Of a stretch of 62,877 nucleotides of DNA, positions 38,993 through 52,049 are shown piece after piece. Every line of letters begins with the position of its first letter. The stretch's first letter is position 1. The position numbers and the translations under genes are program-made. The stretch comes from Chara braunii (taxonomy: Eukaryota; Plantae; Charophyceae). The notes below the pieces were generated by a model, which saw nothing but the letters and a program-made list of their open reading frames with translations, made no database searches and was not told the origin of the DNA. Location: contig BFEA01000002.1 of the NCBI GenBank assembly GCA_003427395.1, forward strand, positions 67,048 through 129,924. The letters run 5' to 3'.

Positions 38993-41680
38993 TGTGACGC
39001 GCAACCTCACGCCCTGTGCTGTCTTCCGTTCGGAGTGTTTTCGATTGCGGAAGGGGGCCGTGGACAAACAGGAAGATGGGGTGTGCCAAGGATTTTTGGA
39101 AATTGAGTGCGGGGATAAGGACAGAACCGAAATCCCCTGTGTTGGTCCGACTTAGTAAGAGGGAAGGGTCCGTCACTGCGCGGGATGTTCGATGCGGGGA
39201 AATTCAATCCAAAAAGTATCGTTGAACTTCCCAGCGGGCCGTTGCCCTTCGCTTAGTGTGAAAGGGGGCGGGTACACTTCTAGTGTCTCGTTTTCGGATC
39301 AATTCCCGACGCCGCTCATTGCACAACTCAGAATCTGATGTGGACGGTCTCAATCGTGTAGCTCGTTCTTTGTGTTCGTCCTCGCTCCGTATGCGGTAGT
39401 GGAAGCCCTTGGATTGGTAACGCTCGAGGCGACAGTAGTCACTACACAGAGTGTTGGGGCAATGGGGCGCTATTGCCGTCCACGGAATGACAATCAACTC
39501 GTTAAACGGTAATAGCAGTGAATAAGGCAGAAAATGTGTATCAATAATGACAAAACCTGCTCCGACAAATCCTGAGCGACGAGTTTCAAGAGGGAAATAA
39601 TATCGGCCGCCGATCTTGGCGACGGCTTCTCGTACGTCCCACTTGCATACACATGTCATGTTCTCGTTGTACGGAAAGAGACGTGGCGGGAGTACGGGAG
39701 GCCGGTGCCTTGTCGAGTTGGGGCCTTCAGTCCACATGAAGAATCAATCAATAATCGTTCATCATTAATCCCCGTTTATCGATCGGGCTTTTCTGGTTAT
39801 CGCCTTTATCTGTCGGAAACATGCAAGGCAAAATGGGGACATCTTTCGTCTCTCAGAGAGAGAGAGCTTGCAATAGTCTATGGTTCCGCCCAGAAATTTT
39901 CATACAGTGATCGTAGGGATGGTACCTACATCAAGTGGGACCTAGCTAGTGATCCACGCATGCAGGTCGTACGTGGCGCCCTTCTTCTTTTCGAGAAGGC
40001 AAATCGCTTTTCGGGTTTGTGAAACGAGGGCAAGCCGCAGAAGGTACGCGGAACGTATTCCGGAGTGAAGGCCTGCCCGAAATCACAACATCATCAGATC
40101 TAAACACTCTTGCGATCTCGAACAAAATCGCAACAATATTGTTCCAGCCAACAGCTCAATCGCAACCCATTCATCATAATTCTTCAGCCAAATCAAAAAC
40201 CAATCCATCAATGACAAAGCATTCGCAATTACTGTCAAGTGCTTCGTGTGCTCTGCACCCCTGCCCCGTTATCCCGAGTCTATCAAAGCGCCGGCCCATC
40301 AGGCAACCATTCCCAAACATGCATAGTCATTCACATCAGAAGATAAGCAAGCGAAATGAATTTCATAGAGGACAATCACACAGAAGTATGGAGCTGAAAA
40401 ATAGTTCCGGCTTAACTGCCGGCTTAACTGCCGCGAAGCTGCACTCACACCAAAGAATAGGACAAAAACAAGGGAACGCATCCGCCATAATGTTTCGTCA
40501 TGGCCCCGGGCCATTCATCCCTTTAACTCTTGTCACTCCTCATACATGCACCAACGGTCCCGCCCGTCGCGTGCCACTTGCCACCATCGCGATCGTCACC
40601 CCGCCGACTTAGTTTCTGCGAGGGCTTGCCCTGATCCCACATTCCGTCGTGGCGATCAGGTGCATAACCAGCCAGTCTACAGTCAGCCCATCGGGACTTT
40701 TCGACTCGCACCACACGCACACCATCTAGCCACTACTTCCCGGAAGCTGGCTGACGAGTTGAGAGAGAGCTTTGCGGATGCGCCGGTGGAATTTATAATT
40801 GCGAGAGGGGAGAGAGATGCGGGGAAAGATGAAGAATAGGGTAAGAGGAGGGTAAGGGAGGGTTTGAGGGTAATCGCTCGTTGAAAGCCATGTTGATCCC
40901 TCACAACCCGATCTCAGCCAATCAAAATCGGCGCGCAGTAGGAATCTCCTCTTACACGACGCTTCTCCTTGGCTAGATGGAAAGGGAGGATCGACCTCGT
41001 TTTCGAGCGCAAGTTTGAGAGCGGGAAGAAGAAGAGTGAGAAGGATAGCACGAAATGGGTCCAAGATTCAGATGATCAAGAAAGAGAAAAAAGGCGCGCG
41101 TGGGGAAGGAGGGAGAAAAACAGTTACAGGGAAAGGGAGCGAGAAAGCATGTGCGCGCGAGGGAAGGTGCTAAGAGGAGCACGAGAAGGAAGGAGGAGGG
41201 AACTCGTTTACATGGTGCCGAATAGTAAGAGAAGAATGGGCACCTAAATAGTTGCAGTTTTTCCCAGTCCTATGCTAATTCAAAAATTGAGGTCACCATA
41301 TCCGCGCGAAAAGTAGACGTGGGAAAATAAAGTGCTACGCCCATCCCTATTCCTACAAAATTCCCAGAGTTTTTCATGTCAAGGCCAAAAACATTCGCTC
41401 GTGAAAGGACACGCCACGTTCCGTTAATTACGAAATTCCTAACTGTCGAGCCGAATTTCGAACGCGCTCACTAAGGCGCGCGTAATTCCCATGCATTTCC
41501 AAATTAAAAAAAGATGACGGAATTTCAAGAACTACTAGTGCTGACGAACGAGGTACCTTTAATCGAGCAAAAACAGAGGGGAGGTTTTCGGGGCCGATCA
41601 AGACACATCTAGATGCAGAGAAAACACGGGAAGGAAAGGGGTCCGAAAGATGGCGCAGGTCCGGAAGCTGGTTCGTCACA
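38993..41680 (-). mobile_element. Solo LTR, family A
   Basis: TGTGACG...CGTCACA, 4-bp flanks CGTT/CTTT, host repeat continues on both sides. Confidence 0.9.
39204..39737 (-). CDS. Uninterrupted 177-aa LTR-encoded protein of unknown function, family A
   Basis: ATG-to-stop ORF. The MWT start and YFLD* end are shared with the other two family A copies. Here the CxxC reads CSDYC. Confidence 0.65.
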   Translation of the reverse strand: MWTEGPNSTRHRPPVLPPRLFPYNENMTCVCKWDVREAVAKIGGRYYFPLETRRSGFVGAGFVIIDTHFLPYSLLLPFNELIVIPWTAIAPHCPNTLCSDYCRLERYQSKGFHYRIRSEDEHKERATRLRPSTSDSELCNERRRELIRKRDTRSVPAPFHTKRRATARWEVQRYFLD

Positions 41681-43409
41681 CTTTTGTTGTCCTTTTCTAC
41701 CGGGCAGCTATGTTTGACTACATATATATATGTATATATATATATATATGAATATATGAAGTAAGCGATATTCTTCTCTTAATTTCACCTCACACTACCT
41801 ACTCCTTTTTTTTTATAACAAAAACAATTTTCAATTACATCCGGGAAACGAACCCAACATCCCTAATATGAATGTTGCAGCCATACAAGGTTGAGAAAGA
41901 CACTTTCAGCCAATCCTATCCCTGACCACAACAGTTCCGCTGTCGAGACCCCGACCTTCCTAGTACTATAAGACTCAAGTTGCAAAAAGGAAAGAAAGGA
42001 AAAAAAACAGCATGCCAAAAAAAAAAAGAAAGGAGAAAAGCTAGCATGCCCAAGGCACAAAGGAAATCTACCGGCTTGTAAAGGCTAACCATATTAGTTT
42101 TCACCACCACCCTACCTTGTGCATTCCTTTGTATGTGTCGCATAATGGTTCTTACTTAGCTGGTTCCCCCTGAGTAGGACTCTCCCTTGATATTGCATAG
42201 GTATTGGGACCGTAGCGTTATTTTGGCTTCCCTGCTCCCTGATCTGGCTTCCTCCCTAGTCGGTGAGTTGTGTGCATGTTTCCCTCACCCACTACCCTCA
42301 TCACCCTAATGTCGGCCATTGCATGCCTTCAACTAGGTATATCTCTACCTTATCCCCGACTCCCCTTTCATGGTAGACCCTGCATGGTGTCACCCTTTTG
42401 TCAGGCATTACCCGCCTTGATGGTCTATTTGTTAGGGTCATTGGTTTTGTTTCCCTACCATTCCCTCGCCCTAAGCCTTATGACCTATCCCATCTTCATG
42501 TGTGACGACCCTTAGGAGTTTCGATTCTCAGGCTGCATTCACCCCCTCTGAGACGATCCCACTCTTAGTGGCTTGGCGACTCGACATTATCTTGTGACAT
42601 ATTGCAATTTTTTCCTTTCACCACCGAGGTAATTGCCTCTAGGACTTTATAATTGCACCCTGCTACATTTCGTTTCGTGCTGCTACCGAGGATGTGTATA
42701 TCAGACATTTACTTTTGCTATGATATTATGTAGCTTAGGCTGCATTGCATGCCATTGGACTCCGCATGGGGCTTGCTCCGCATCCTAGATTTCTCAGCTT
42801 TATTGTTGCAGGGTTCTGCTGCTTTTGTTGAAACGTGTTTATGACTCTTGTGATCCACACTATAGGTATCAGGATCGTGCAATGTGCCTCCAGCTGCTCT
42901 GGGCTAGAGTCAGGGCTATCTGTCTATTTTGCCTGTTCGGTTTGTGGTACCAGGCCATGTGCTCATTCAGTCCAGTCCAGTCCTACCCGATACCTTTGTC
43001 GATACCAGGCCAGTCTAGTCCAGTCCAGTCAGTCCACTGGGGGTATACCCAACTGCAGTCTATTTTCAACCGCATTCTTCATTTGCACATTTTGGAGTAC
43101 TGTTGAGTCTGCGTTGGAGCTGCACTGTGTCTTCCAACTCCTTCTCCATCTCCCTCATCCTCATTTCATTCCTTTATCCTAACGGACCGCCATCCCGGCG
43201 GGTCCATCAAAGTGTTGCTACGACTACCACTCCTATCTCTTTCCTGATGACTCGCAATGTTCTGCTTTTGTTAACTCTGGATTCGTGATCGTATATACTA
43301 TTTTTGCCCCTTATTCGATCCTGTTACCGTATAATGGGCTCACGGTTTATCCCTTGGGCCGCCATCGCTCCCTAGTGGCCTCGCACCCTGTGTTCAGACT
43401 GTAGACATA

Positions 43410-43818
43410 GTGAACATTTACAAGAAAAAGAGTTTGAGTACATGCCCCATCGAGAAGCAGAAGAGACGGATGGGACTTCGCGTTTGCGGTCGTCTGATTC
43501 CAAGTCCAAGCTTTACGAGACACGTAGACAAACCATCACAACTTTTGAAATTAAGACATTGAACAATATAAATTTTCCTCGCATTTTTTATTCGTCTGAG
43601 ATTTCACAGCAAGAAGGTCTATCCTGACTCCTTGCTATAGCTCAATCCACACATGGAACTGATCTGAGAGATTCCAGTTCCAACTTGGAACTCTACCCCT
43701 ACCCCCCCTCTTCCCAAAAATCCTTGGCACACCCTCATTTTTCTCACTTTTTTGGGCGTTCCACACTAGCACCCACTGCGAAAGGTACACAACGCTGGGC
43801 GTTAGGTTGTGCATCACA
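43410..43818 (+). mobile_element. 3' fragment of an A/B-related LTR
   Basis: TSRLRSSDSKSKLYETRR (cf. ATRLRPSTSDSELCNERR); CCAAAAATCCTTGGCACACCC; ends GTTAGGTTGTGCATCACA. Confidence 0.7.
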
Positions 43819-44206
43819 TCACAGAGCGGTGTTCACCTATGGCTTGGCAAACCCTCTTTAGCCCCTGGCCAGTACCATGCCACCTGCGACCCAGAGTAAA
43901 CATAACCCCTTTCGTCTTCACATTAATAGAAGGCCCAATCATTATGTGGTGTATTTGGTACAACTTTCAGTCTCGAGATAACGATAAGGACTGGCCAGGG
44001 TGAGGCAGAAAAAAAAGTGGTGCGGAGGGAGTGGAGGAGAGGAGGCTTTCTTTAGGATGGGTCATGTCTCTCCAAAGGCAATGCAGCTATCAACAGAATG
44101 AGAATAAATTTCATTGTTTGGAATCATACTTGCGGCGTATATGCGAGTTGCGCTGATCGCAAATGCGCAGAAAAAAAAAAAGCAACAATGATGTGTGTAC
44201 ACAGGC

Positions 44207-44261
<55 letters not shown>

Positions 44262-44351
44262 GCCCTTTGGCCCCTTTCACATTATTCAGATAACCCCAAC
44301 CCACACTTCAAGTTCAAAAGTTCCCTGCCAACTTAGCAAGGATCTCGTCAG

Positions 44352-46392
44352 CAGGCTGTGTATCTTTTTAACGGAGAACGGACATAATTCAACGCCCGAA
44401 CCCCCGTTTAACGGGTCTTGGGACCCCCGTTGAATCGCGTTTAACGCGAGAACGGGGGTGTCGCGTCGAATTCCGAAAAACGGAATTCTCACGTTGGGCC
44501 TCGGACACGTGGCCCTACGCGCCCAAACACAAAAAAACAGGGAAAAAAAAAAAACATTTTGACCTCTATTAGCAGGACGGGGTGGCCAAACATGCCCCTC
44601 CCTTTCGAAAATCAAACTGCAAGAGGGAAAAAAGATGGGGCCACCCCGTACCCCAACACTCTGAGCACATGTGTGTGCATGTTGGTGCATGTCCTTTTGT
44701 TTTTTTTTTTTTACCAAATGCTCCAATCTGTATGTCCAGTCTCATTTCCGAAGGGCCCATGCATATTAGCAAGGACCCCTCGTGGAGCAGATATGAACAT
44801 TGGACTTGTAATCTGTCTGCGTGGGCCTAGAATATATAGTCTGGATTCGAATTCAGGTCTGTGCATCACACTGCTCATAGTTATGGGTCACTAATTGTCT
44901 GTTTTCTTGTCTTTCTATTGTTTCTCGTTTTTCTTTTGTTTTCTGTTTTTCTTTTTCTTTTTTCATTTTTCTTTTGTTTTCTCGTTTTTTATTTTCTTAG
45001 GAATATGTGCAGTGGCCCTAAGGGCCTCTACTCACCACATGCATAGAAGACAAAACATATGGCAGTGTATTATTCCACGTTCTAGTAGAAGATCCATTCT
45101 TTTTTTTTTTTTTTTTTTGAAAGCCCAGGGTGTTGTAGAGGCCAAGGACCAGATCCGCGGTGATTGCTGGTATAGCAACAGCCAATGTCACAAGGCCCAG
45201 CACACCCCCTGTCCCTACTATCCTACCTCAGTGTGACCAGCACACCCCCTGTCCCTACTATCCCTATTATCCTACCTAAGTGTGACCAGCACTCAGGACA
45301 AGGCCCAACACACCCTCTGTCCCTACTATCCCTACTATGCCTACTATCCTACCTCAGTGTCACCAACACTCAGGATAAGGCCCAGCACACCCCCTGCCAG
45401 CACTCAGGACAAGGCCCAGCACACCCCCTGTCCCTACTATCCTACCTCAGTGTGACCAGCACACCCCCTGTCCCTACTACCCCTACTATCCCTACTATCC
45501 TACCTCAAGGTGTTGTAGAGGACAAAGCCCAACACACCCCCTGTCCCTACGATCCTACCCCATCACCCTACCAGTATTGAAGGCAACTTCGACCAGACAG
45601 CATTGACAAGCACCAGGGGCATAGTCCCATTAGTAGACGGATTGGAGTGTGGCCAATCCAGTCACTTTCCAGTGTGACATTGAGTGGCAGCAGCCTGACA
45701 GGTTCATTACGAGTTTCTGGGCTGAGAAAACTGGAGAAAGGCAAAAAAAAAAAAAAGAAACAGAGACCTCCCACTGGAAATCACGGTAGAGTGCTTCCCA
45801 GCCATCATATCACAAATGATCTGATGGTGGTGGTTGCAACAACAGTGAACGAAGCACGCCAAATCAGGGAGTCTACCCAACAGGGAGTCTACCCAGCAAC
45901 ATTACCTAAGCAATGCGGGCCAAAAAACATGTTTATGGTTTTGATTTTTAAAAAAATACACGAAGTTATACAAAAAAATAAAATAAAAAAATGTTGTATA
46001 TCTTTGAAAGATCTACAACCCTATATTTTTTATTTTTTTTTCTGTTTTTTTTTAGCCCTTTAAAAATCTCTGTGAAACCAAAAAAAAAAAAGACTCGTGT
46101 CATTTCTTGTTTTTGTTTTTTCATTGTACTTATGTTTTTGATTTTTTAAAAATATATTAAAAACTCAAAAAATAACAATAAAAATATGGGGTCGTAGACC
46201 TCAAAAAGATCTACGACCCCATATTGTTTTTTGTTTTTTTTTCCGATTATGTTAAGCCTAGGAAACAAATCATTGCGGACCCCGTTTTTCCCCGTCCAAC
46301 GCGCGTTTGAACGGGAGTTGAACGCGAATTTAACGCGCGTTAAATTATTTAACGCGGACCCCTCGTTAAATCCAGTTCGGACACACAGTCTG
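44352..46392. mobile_element. Non-autonomous TIR element with AACG-rich subtermini
   Basis: CAG|CAGGCTGTGTATC ... GACACACAGTCTG|CAG (3-bp flank repeat); TTAACG/AACG clusters at both ends. Confidence 0.5.
45190..45570. repeat. Complex minisatellite (CAGCACACCCCCTGTCCCTACTATCCTACCTCAGTGTGAC)
   Basis: Six or more imperfect units. Confidence 0.85.
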
Positions 46393-47059
46393 CAGGAGAA
46401 GAATAGTTGTTGGGCTTGTAGTAAGGAGGGATCAGGCCAGCTATATATGGTGTAGCTTTGAATTCAGCAGTTATGGGTTACTGACTTACTAACTCGGCAT
46501 GTGATTTTCAGGGCTTCACTCCACTACTCACCAAATGTGCAAAACTAGAATGAATCTTCTCCTCAAAACTGGAACCAAACAAGCCATATGTTTTTCTTTT
46601 ATGCAAGTGCTGATGAGTGCCGCAAGGCCGTTAGGGCCACTGCACGTAAGAAAAGGAAAAACAAAAAAAAATAAAAAAGGAGACAACTACTGTAATGTTT
46701 GTTCGTAAACCCATAGCTCTTGGAACACAGACCTGAATCCGAATCCAGAATATATTGCTGGCCTGCTCATGATCCTCCAGCAGTTCAAAGAACGTCCTTC
46801 GAAATGTGTGGGATCCCTGCTAATTCTCTGGGGGGAGGCTTTTGAAAAAAAGATGAATTCCTATGAGGAGTACGATGGGGCGCTAAATTATTTTTTTTCT
46901 GTGCACTTACAATTTTTAAACCACAAGAACCTCGCCCAGTGAAAAAAAAACCGCGTCGGACAGGGGTTAGGGGAGGAACGACCAGTAATGACCAACCCAA
47001 AAAGAAAAAAAAGAAAAACAACAACAACAACAACAATAACAACAACAACAAAACAAAAC

Positions 47060-47145
<86 letters not shown>

Positions 47146-47344
47146 TCACTTTCGATGTGGCAAGCCGTGCAACGCGCCAACTCTCTGGGCGTCGCTCCAC
47201 TACTCTCGACATGCACAAAAGACAAAAATCATGGCGGTGTACCTTTCCATGTTCTAGCAGATGCTTCGCTCTCATTTTCGTCATTACGTGAGTAGTGGAA
47301 TGAGGCCCCCTCTCTCTCTCTTTCTCCCGTGCCAGCTCTCTCTC

Positions 47345-47438
<94 letters not shown>

Positions 47439-47823
47439 NNNNNNNNNNNNNNNNNNNNNNNNNNNNNNNNNNNNNNNNNNNNNNNNNNNNNNNNNNNNNN
47501 NNNNNNNNNNNNNNNNNNNNNNNNNNNNNNNNNNNNNNNNNNNNNNNNNNNNNNNNNNNNNNNNNNNNNNNNNNNNNNNNNNNNNNNNNNNNNNNNNNNN
47601 NNNNNNNNNNNNNNNNNNNNNNNNNNNNNNNNNNNNNNNNNNNNNNNNNNNNNNNNNNNNNNNNNNNNNNNNNNNNNNNNNNNNNNNNNNNNNNNNNNNN
47701 NNNNNNNNNNNNNNNNNNNNNNNNNNNNNNNNNNNNNNNNNNNNNNNNNNNNNNNNNNNNNNNNNNNNNNNNNNNNNNNNNNNNNNNNNNNNNNNNNNNN
47801 NNNNNNNNNNNNNNNNNNNNNNN

Positions 47824-47871
<48 letters not shown>

Positions 47872-47935
47872 TGCACTGGCGCGTTCGCCAGAGAGAGAGA
47901 GAGAGAGAGTGAACCGGCACGTTCGTGCAAGGGGC

Positions 47936-48009
<74 letters not shown>

Positions 48010-48059
48010 CTCTCTCTCTCTCTCTGTGTCAAACAAACGTGTGGCGCATCACGTGCGCC

Positions 48060-48760
48060 GCATAGCGCAGGTGCACATGCGGCACAATTACGAATTAAAA
48101 TGAAAACAAAAAAATCAAAAGGGCAGGCTGTTGTAACCAAATGTGTGCCTCCCTTTTAAACCACCAGTATCTCGCTCAGCTATCAAGTGCGAGCCTCCTG
48201 CTACCGGTAAGCCGAGCCTTGCGGAGCCTAGAGCTATCGGTAGCGGACTTTGTTTCTTTTTTTTGAAAACCAAAAAAGAAAAAAAAAAGAAACGTTTCTT
48301 TAAATGACCGTTGATCCATCGATAATCTCGGGACCTCTCGGTGGCTCGACGCCTGTCGTGCTTAGTGAGATGGTCCGGTGGTTGGCCAGCTAATTTAGCG
48401 AATAATATTTTATCCGTCCATACTTCCGCCCGTCGGTATTTTTTGTTGTATTTGGGGTCGTCCGTTCGGGCGGCCTCGAATCGAACTTCCGTAGGAAGTT
48501 TGTTCGTTCTACACAGGGGGCATCTCCATTCCTTACTGCTTGTTCTGTATCGAACACACGCGTCGTGTGTCCGATTAACACACGTGGCACATTCTACCCA
48601 GTCAGTGAATCCAGACTGGAAGGGATAGTAGTCTACCCCATAAAATCGGGCAATACACGTGCAAAAATAACAAAATTTGTCTAGGAGATTGGCGAGAAAG
48701 TCCGAATGAGCGAGGGGAGCAGAATAGGTGGGAGAGGCAGAAGAAGGTGGGGTTTCCATT
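48060..48760 (-). pseudogene. PHD finger followed by pre-integrase linker and a degenerate integrase Zn-domain remnant
   Basis: CYFC...WVECATCVNRTHDACV...WRCPLC; AEVWTD...RRRA..RS.DYRWINGHL; frame-broken ARYWWF and IRNCAAC. Confidence 0.6.
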
Positions 48761-48849
48761 GTTCCGAGAGAGGGAGAGGAAAAAAAGAAGAGGGAAAGAG
48801 AGGAACGCGATTGGGTGCACGTGTCAACTTAGCCCTTTGGCGGGATCTC

Positions 48850-50672
48850 CACTTGTCCGTACTAAGGCTTGTTTTTCGGCTTCGGGTCGTGCCACGGGAT
48901 CACTTCCTCACTCCTGGAGTCCTGGGTACCTTGTTGGGGCGGTGCAGTCGTGTCAGCCCGCCCGCGTTGCCGTGTCTCTCGTGCTTTCGATGATGAATGT
49001 CGAAGTCCATACTCTGCAACGTGGTAGCTCATCGCCCGATCGTACACGAGTAATCCTTGGACTTCTTCAATGCCAGCAGCGGTTCGTGATCGGTTACCAA
49101 CGTGAACTTCCAGCCATATAAGTACGCTCGGAAGTGACTGATCCCCCATAAGGCTGCGTAGCATTCCCCCGTCGGGGCGAAGTAGTTGCGCTTACATGCA
49201 GGCACCGATTTGGACGCATATTCCACCACGTGTTCGAGGTCGTCTGGTCCTACCCGGGCCAAGATCGCTGAGATTGCCTCGGGCTGCCAATTGGTGATGA
49301 GGACAAAGGGTTTTTCCGGGTCCGAACTCATAAGGACCGGAGCTGAAATCAAGGTCACCTTGAGTTCTCAGAAAGCCCGATCGCATTGCGGGGTCCAGAT
49401 CAACGCTGATTTTTTTTCAGCAAATTCGTGAGTGGTCCGCGATCGCCGCAAACCCCTTGATGAACCTTTGATAGTACGATGCCAAACCCAAAAAAGTACG
49501 CACTTGTGTCACGGACGTTGGTAATGGTCCGTAACCACGTGGCCGACGAAGGAGATCTCGGACCTTCTGAGGCTCCGACTGCAACCCTTGGTCCGTAACC
49601 ACGTGGCCGACAAAGGAGATCTCGGTGAGGAAAAACTGACACTTCTCAACAGCCACCTTGAATCCGGCGTCCTTCAGCGCGCGCAAAGTCCATTCGATGT
49701 GCTGCACGTGCCCCTCATAGGAACCTGAATACACAAGGATATCATCCATAAAGACAATCACAAAATAATTGATTATGCTCTGCGCCAGCCGCGTTTTTCG
49801 CACGAAGTTCTAGAAAGCCATATTCATCGCGCGCTGAAACGTGGCCGGGGCGTTGCAAATCTCCATCGGGCATCGAACCCATTGCCAAGTCCCTTCGAAA
49901 AGAATGAAAGCCATTTTCGGGCGATCCTCTTTTCGAACAAGGAGATGGTGAAATCCATGTCGAACATCAAACTTGCTAAAAAAACGAGCACTACCAATAA
50001 CATCCAGCAACTCATCGATCTGGGGGAAGGGATACACATCCTTAATTGTGATGTCATTCAACTTTCGGTAATCAATGCATAAGCGGATTCCCCTTGCTTT
50101 TTTGGCACAATCACCACCGGAAACGACCATGGTCCGATGGCGGGTTCGATCCACCCATTAGCTTCGAACTCCTTTATCCTTTGAAATGCGGCCGATCTTC
50201 GCGCCGACGAATACCGATAGGGAGTGCAACTAATTGGTGAATGATCCCCGGTGAGGATCGCGTGCTCAATCACGTTGGATAACCCAATATCATTATCGTG
50301 CATACTCAACACCTCAGCATACCCATGCAAAACATCAATTAGGGATCTTCGGATCTCTCGGGGGACATAATTGGGTATTGCGATTACAGGGTGATCGGAG
50401 ATTTCAAGTGGAGTATCGATCCAATCCTTCCTTCGTGATCGTCTGTTGTCTACGCTGGAAAATATGGAACTACCAGTTCGGACCGAGAAGACGGTGACAA
50501 TCATCTGTGATTCGGTCGGGCTAATCATCTCGGTTTCCTTAATTTCGGCATCGGTTTCAAGGTCAGTGGTGCTTTCCGCCACTTTCAATCCTGTTAGCTC
50601 GGCCATTTCTTGCATAAGGCTCGGAACATCGTCTATCGGGGCTTCTGCTTCTAGCTTGATTAGGGCGATCAT
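48850..50672 (-). pseudogene. pol: Ty3/gypsy RT and RNase H (frameshifted)
   Basis: IEHAILTGDHSPI..PYRYS, GWIEP..PWSFPVVIVPKK, RLCIDYRKLN, NAPATFQR, FMDDILVYS, FLGLASYY, PFVLIT, ECYA, FTLVTDH. Confidence 0.92.
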
Positions 50673-50990
50673 GGCTCCCTGCGTGAGTAACGATCAAGGT
50701 GGGGCGCGCCCTCGTACAAAGTGCGAGCAGGTTCCAAGAGGTCAGGCATGTCTGAAATCTGCAGGATCGGTTCTCCTAGGAATGACGTGGTGGGAATCCG
50801 CTTTTCTGCAGATGCGGGAAAGAATGTCGACAGAATATGACTAGGCTCGCCACTTCCTGGGCTCAAATCGAACGTTCGGGTGGTTGCTGGAATTATTCGA
50901 AATTTCTTTTTCGTCTCTCAACCGAACATTTTCAACTAATTGTTCCCATTCTTTTCCGCTAGGTATGTAGTTCATTTCTTCCTCATAATT

Positions 50991-51794
50991 TTATTCGTCG
51001 CTTTCACCATCATCAGCAAAGTGTTGTTTATCGTCTGAGGGTGAATTTTTCGAGATCGGGACTTGGATAATTCCTATCCGGACAATACTAGGATTCTTTT
51101 TCGGTGATCGAGTAAAAACCCGTAACGGCAGCGTTTGAGGCCTCCCTCCAGTGTGCATGAGGACAAATTGTTTAGAATCGACGTGTATTCGCGCACCTAC
51201 CGCCATCGCCCAGGGCAATCCCAACAGTACCGAATAAGAGTGCACATCGACGACTAACGCTTTAACCAGAACGTGGACTCGATCCACTTTGACAACTACG
51301 TTCTCAATGATTCCTACTATATTCATAGCTTCTTCATCGCCCGAGACGTAGTTGTCCTTCCTAGGTAGTGAAAGGATCGAGTTCAATCGGCCCGTTTTTC
51401 TCACTGTGTCTAGGGATATAGCTACGACCGATGATCCGGTATCGATAAGAGCATTAAACAGTTTACCCCAGACTTTGCAATCACACTCAACACTTTTCCA
51501 TAGGACCGATCGAACACACACAAAATGATCTTTTTCCGCGTAAGAGATGGCGACGATTCGTGCCGTTTCAGGTGCGTCAGGTTCAGTCACAGGGGGAGGG
51601 TTTGCCTCAACCTCGACATATTTCTTCTTTAGCATACACTGAACACGCTGATATGTGAAGCGTTTTTTATTCTTCTGACATTGTTGCAGAAGTTTATCAT
51701 TTGTGACTTCGGATATGGTCAGCAAGTGCCCTGCTGGGACTAGAACTCGGATGTCCAACTGCTTGAGCGTTTGCAGGACATCGATTTCTCCCAT
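50991..51794 (-). pseudogene. Ty3/gypsy aspartic protease region
   Basis: ALIDTGSS and SVLLGLPW motifs. Confidence 0.85.
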
Positions 51795-52049
51795 TTGAAA
51801 TTGTGGTCAAGGTTCTGATCCCCGCTCGACCCATTCGAGCTCATCTTTGCCAAGTCGGATTGCTCCGATCAGTCCTGCCAAATGAAGGTACTCGGCAAGA
51901 TCAACGACATCGGTGGCTTTGGAAGATGATCTCGAAGTAGACGCGATGGGGTCGGTCGAAGGCGGTTGTTCGGTAGAGAAGGAAGTGGCTTCCCTTGTGG
52001 TTTCCAATACTGCGGCCACCCGACCTTGATTCAAGGTCACCGGCGCGGC

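Larger units (their letters stand above)
38939..41718 (+). mobile_element. Degenerate hammerhead-element copy split by the family A LTR (38939-38992 plus 41681-41718)
   Basis: CCTCCTGATGAG...CAGTTTGTCACAGCCTCTCGTT | LTR | CTTTTGTTGTCC...TACCGGGCAGCTATGTTTGAC TACATATATA. Confidence 0.75.

Noticed and set aside
41800-43390. Possible third LINE remnant on the minus strand
   Set aside because: Only a poly-T end and compositional hints; no convincing RT or APE motif
3677-45570. Tandem arrays as CRISPR
   Set aside because: No unique spacers and no cas genes; eukaryotic minisatellite and subterminal repeats
46608-46640. CTGATGAG-TGCC-GCAA-GGC as a further hammerhead (also CTGATGA at ~3445)
   Set aside because: No GAAA after stem II and no stems I/III; the first lies in a MITE arm
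24416-47295. Apparent conserved peptide KDK.YG..FHVLA (or ARTWK on the minus strand) at 24.5, 38.2, 45.0 and 47.2 kb
   Set aside because: It is the interior of a ~120-bp inverted-repeat MITE, and similarity stops at the arms
9137-48159. Long ORFs rich in ER/SL/X residues
   Set aside because: Translations of (AG)n microsatellites and N-gaps
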